Below are positions 62,723 through 64,000 of a stretch of 64,000 nt of DNA, in pieces (the first letter of the stretch is position 1; every line of letters begins with the position of its first letter). The notes beneath the pieces are model-generated. The model searched no databases and had not been told where the DNA came from. It was given only the letters and a program-made list of their open reading frames with translations. Position numbers and translations under genes: made by a program. Source of the stretch: Vicugna vicugna. Lineage: Eukaryota. The stretch covers positions 124,001 to 188,000 of the forward strand of contig MU058365.1 in NCBI GenBank assembly GCA_013265495.1, given 5' to 3'.

Positions 62723-62842
62723 TAAGCGGGAACTGCCCAGTGGGAGGTCTGTTTTAGTGCCACAGGAAGAATGTGTGACTTCCTCGTGTGTGGAGGGTTT
62801 CTGCCCAAACACAAGGACACACTGAAAAGCAGGTGTCTAAAT

Positions 62843-63040
62843 CAGGATTCCTCAACCTAGACATGGTTGACATTTTTGTTAGCCCTTGTGGTTGGGGGCG
62901 GTCCTGTGCCTTGTAGGATGTTTAGGGGTGTCCCTGGTCTCTACTCCCTGGACGCCGGGAGCAGCTCTCTTTGCCCCCACCCCCTGCATTTGTGGTTGTG
63001 ACAACCAAAATGTCTACAAAGCTGGCTAAATGGCCCCCCG
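62843..63040 (+). mobile_element. MER20-like hAT DNA transposon
   Basis: GTCCTGTGCCTTGTAGGATGTTTAG...GTTGTGACAACCAAAATGTCT resembles MER20. Confidence 0.7.
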
Positions 63041-63812
63041 ACCAAATGGCTCTGAAAGTGGACTCATGACAGTGCTTCAACCTCTCTGCTCTCTAGAGAA
63101 TTAGAGCAGTGTAGCGGTGACTGACCTCTGATACCAAAGGGCGCTGGAGCCCTGCAGGCATCAGCTGGTGCCTCTCACCTGCCAAACGCAGCGGAGGCAG
63201 CAGTAACAGGATGCACCTGTGACAACAGTCCTTGGGCTGTTCTCAGTCCCCAGAAACCTGCCTCCTGAGGGGTTGCAGGAGTTGTCCTGGCTAGGTTCTC
63301 TTGTCCTTCTTGATCCTGGCTGCTCTGGCTCCCTGCTTAGCAGAAACACCCTTCTGAAAAGGCCTGTGCAGACTCGCAGGGCTCCGGACCCCCTGCACAT
63401 ACGCCGCTTGCTTTCCTGCCCGTGCCACGGATGTGTTGCTGTTCCCCTAGTCCTCCATCCGTGCTATGGCCTTGGCCCACCTCCTCACTGTCCCTCCCCG
63501 GGCTCGCCTCCTAACTGGCCTCTCATCCTTCAGACCGCCCGCGCCCTACCACTCCCCATGCTGCTGGTACAGTTGTGTTTCTGAAATACAAACCTGATCA
63601 AGTCACTCCCTCCCTTAAATCCTTCAGTGGCTTTGTGCCACCTGAACTAAGTTCCTGAGGACCTGGAGGGAGGAGGAGGGAGGACCTAGTAGTGCTGGGT
63701 GGGGGGCTTACAGAATCTGTGTCAACACTGCTTCTCCGATCTCTGGCCGGAGGGCTCCTCACTGAAGAAGTGGCTGCTTACTCCCCCTTGTACCTCTCTC
63801 CTGCCCTTGCAG

Positions 63813-63926
63813 CCTGATGTGGAATGGGAGCAGGGTGACAGTGAAGGAGCTGAGCTTCCCCACCCACCCGCACTGCAGCAGGTTGCGGCTGGCTGACTTG
63901 TTAATTGCTGAGCAAGAGCACAGCAG
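63813..63926 (+). CDS. TEX14: TEX14 coding exon 7 (kinase-like domain)
   Basis: [50 protein letters not shown]; gene continues beyond the window. Confidence 0.95.
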
Positions 63927-64000
63927 GTGAGGAGGAAACCCCAGGGCACTTCGTGTCCAGGTCTCTTTACAGACCCAAGTTCAGGGCTGTGCAGGGCTGT

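Overview
Mammalian genomic DNA, very probably a camelid (several tRNA-derived vic-1-type SINEs). The window covers the 5' part of TEX14 on the + strand: seven coding exons, from the ATG exon at 22,327 to 63,926, encoding the ankyrin repeats and the start of the kinase-like domain. The non-coding first exon is presumably upstream of the window. Two small-RNA gene clusters sit inside TEX14 in the same orientation, each gene with its own snRNA-type promoter (DSE + PSE). Four U1 snRNA loci lie upstream of the ATG exon. The 33-kb intron after it holds five full-length U3 snoRNA copies (two may be alleles of one gene), one decayed U3 and one U3 fragment. Most notable: (i) a U1 copy with intact promoter elements but a 5-nt deletion in the 5'-splice-site pairing arm and a shortened PSE-start spacer; (ii) a U3 copy that lost 10 of 13 CpGs and kept only the three at boxes C', B and C; (iii) patchwork gene conversion among the promoters; (iv) an apparent L1-mobilised copy of only the R region of an LTR. 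The window also contains RBIS and CBLL1 processed pseudogenes, many LTR/L1/L2/SINE relics, three N gaps and several near-identical tandem duplications that are probably assembly artefacts. All identifications are by eye from recalled consensus sequences; repeat subfamily names are approximate.
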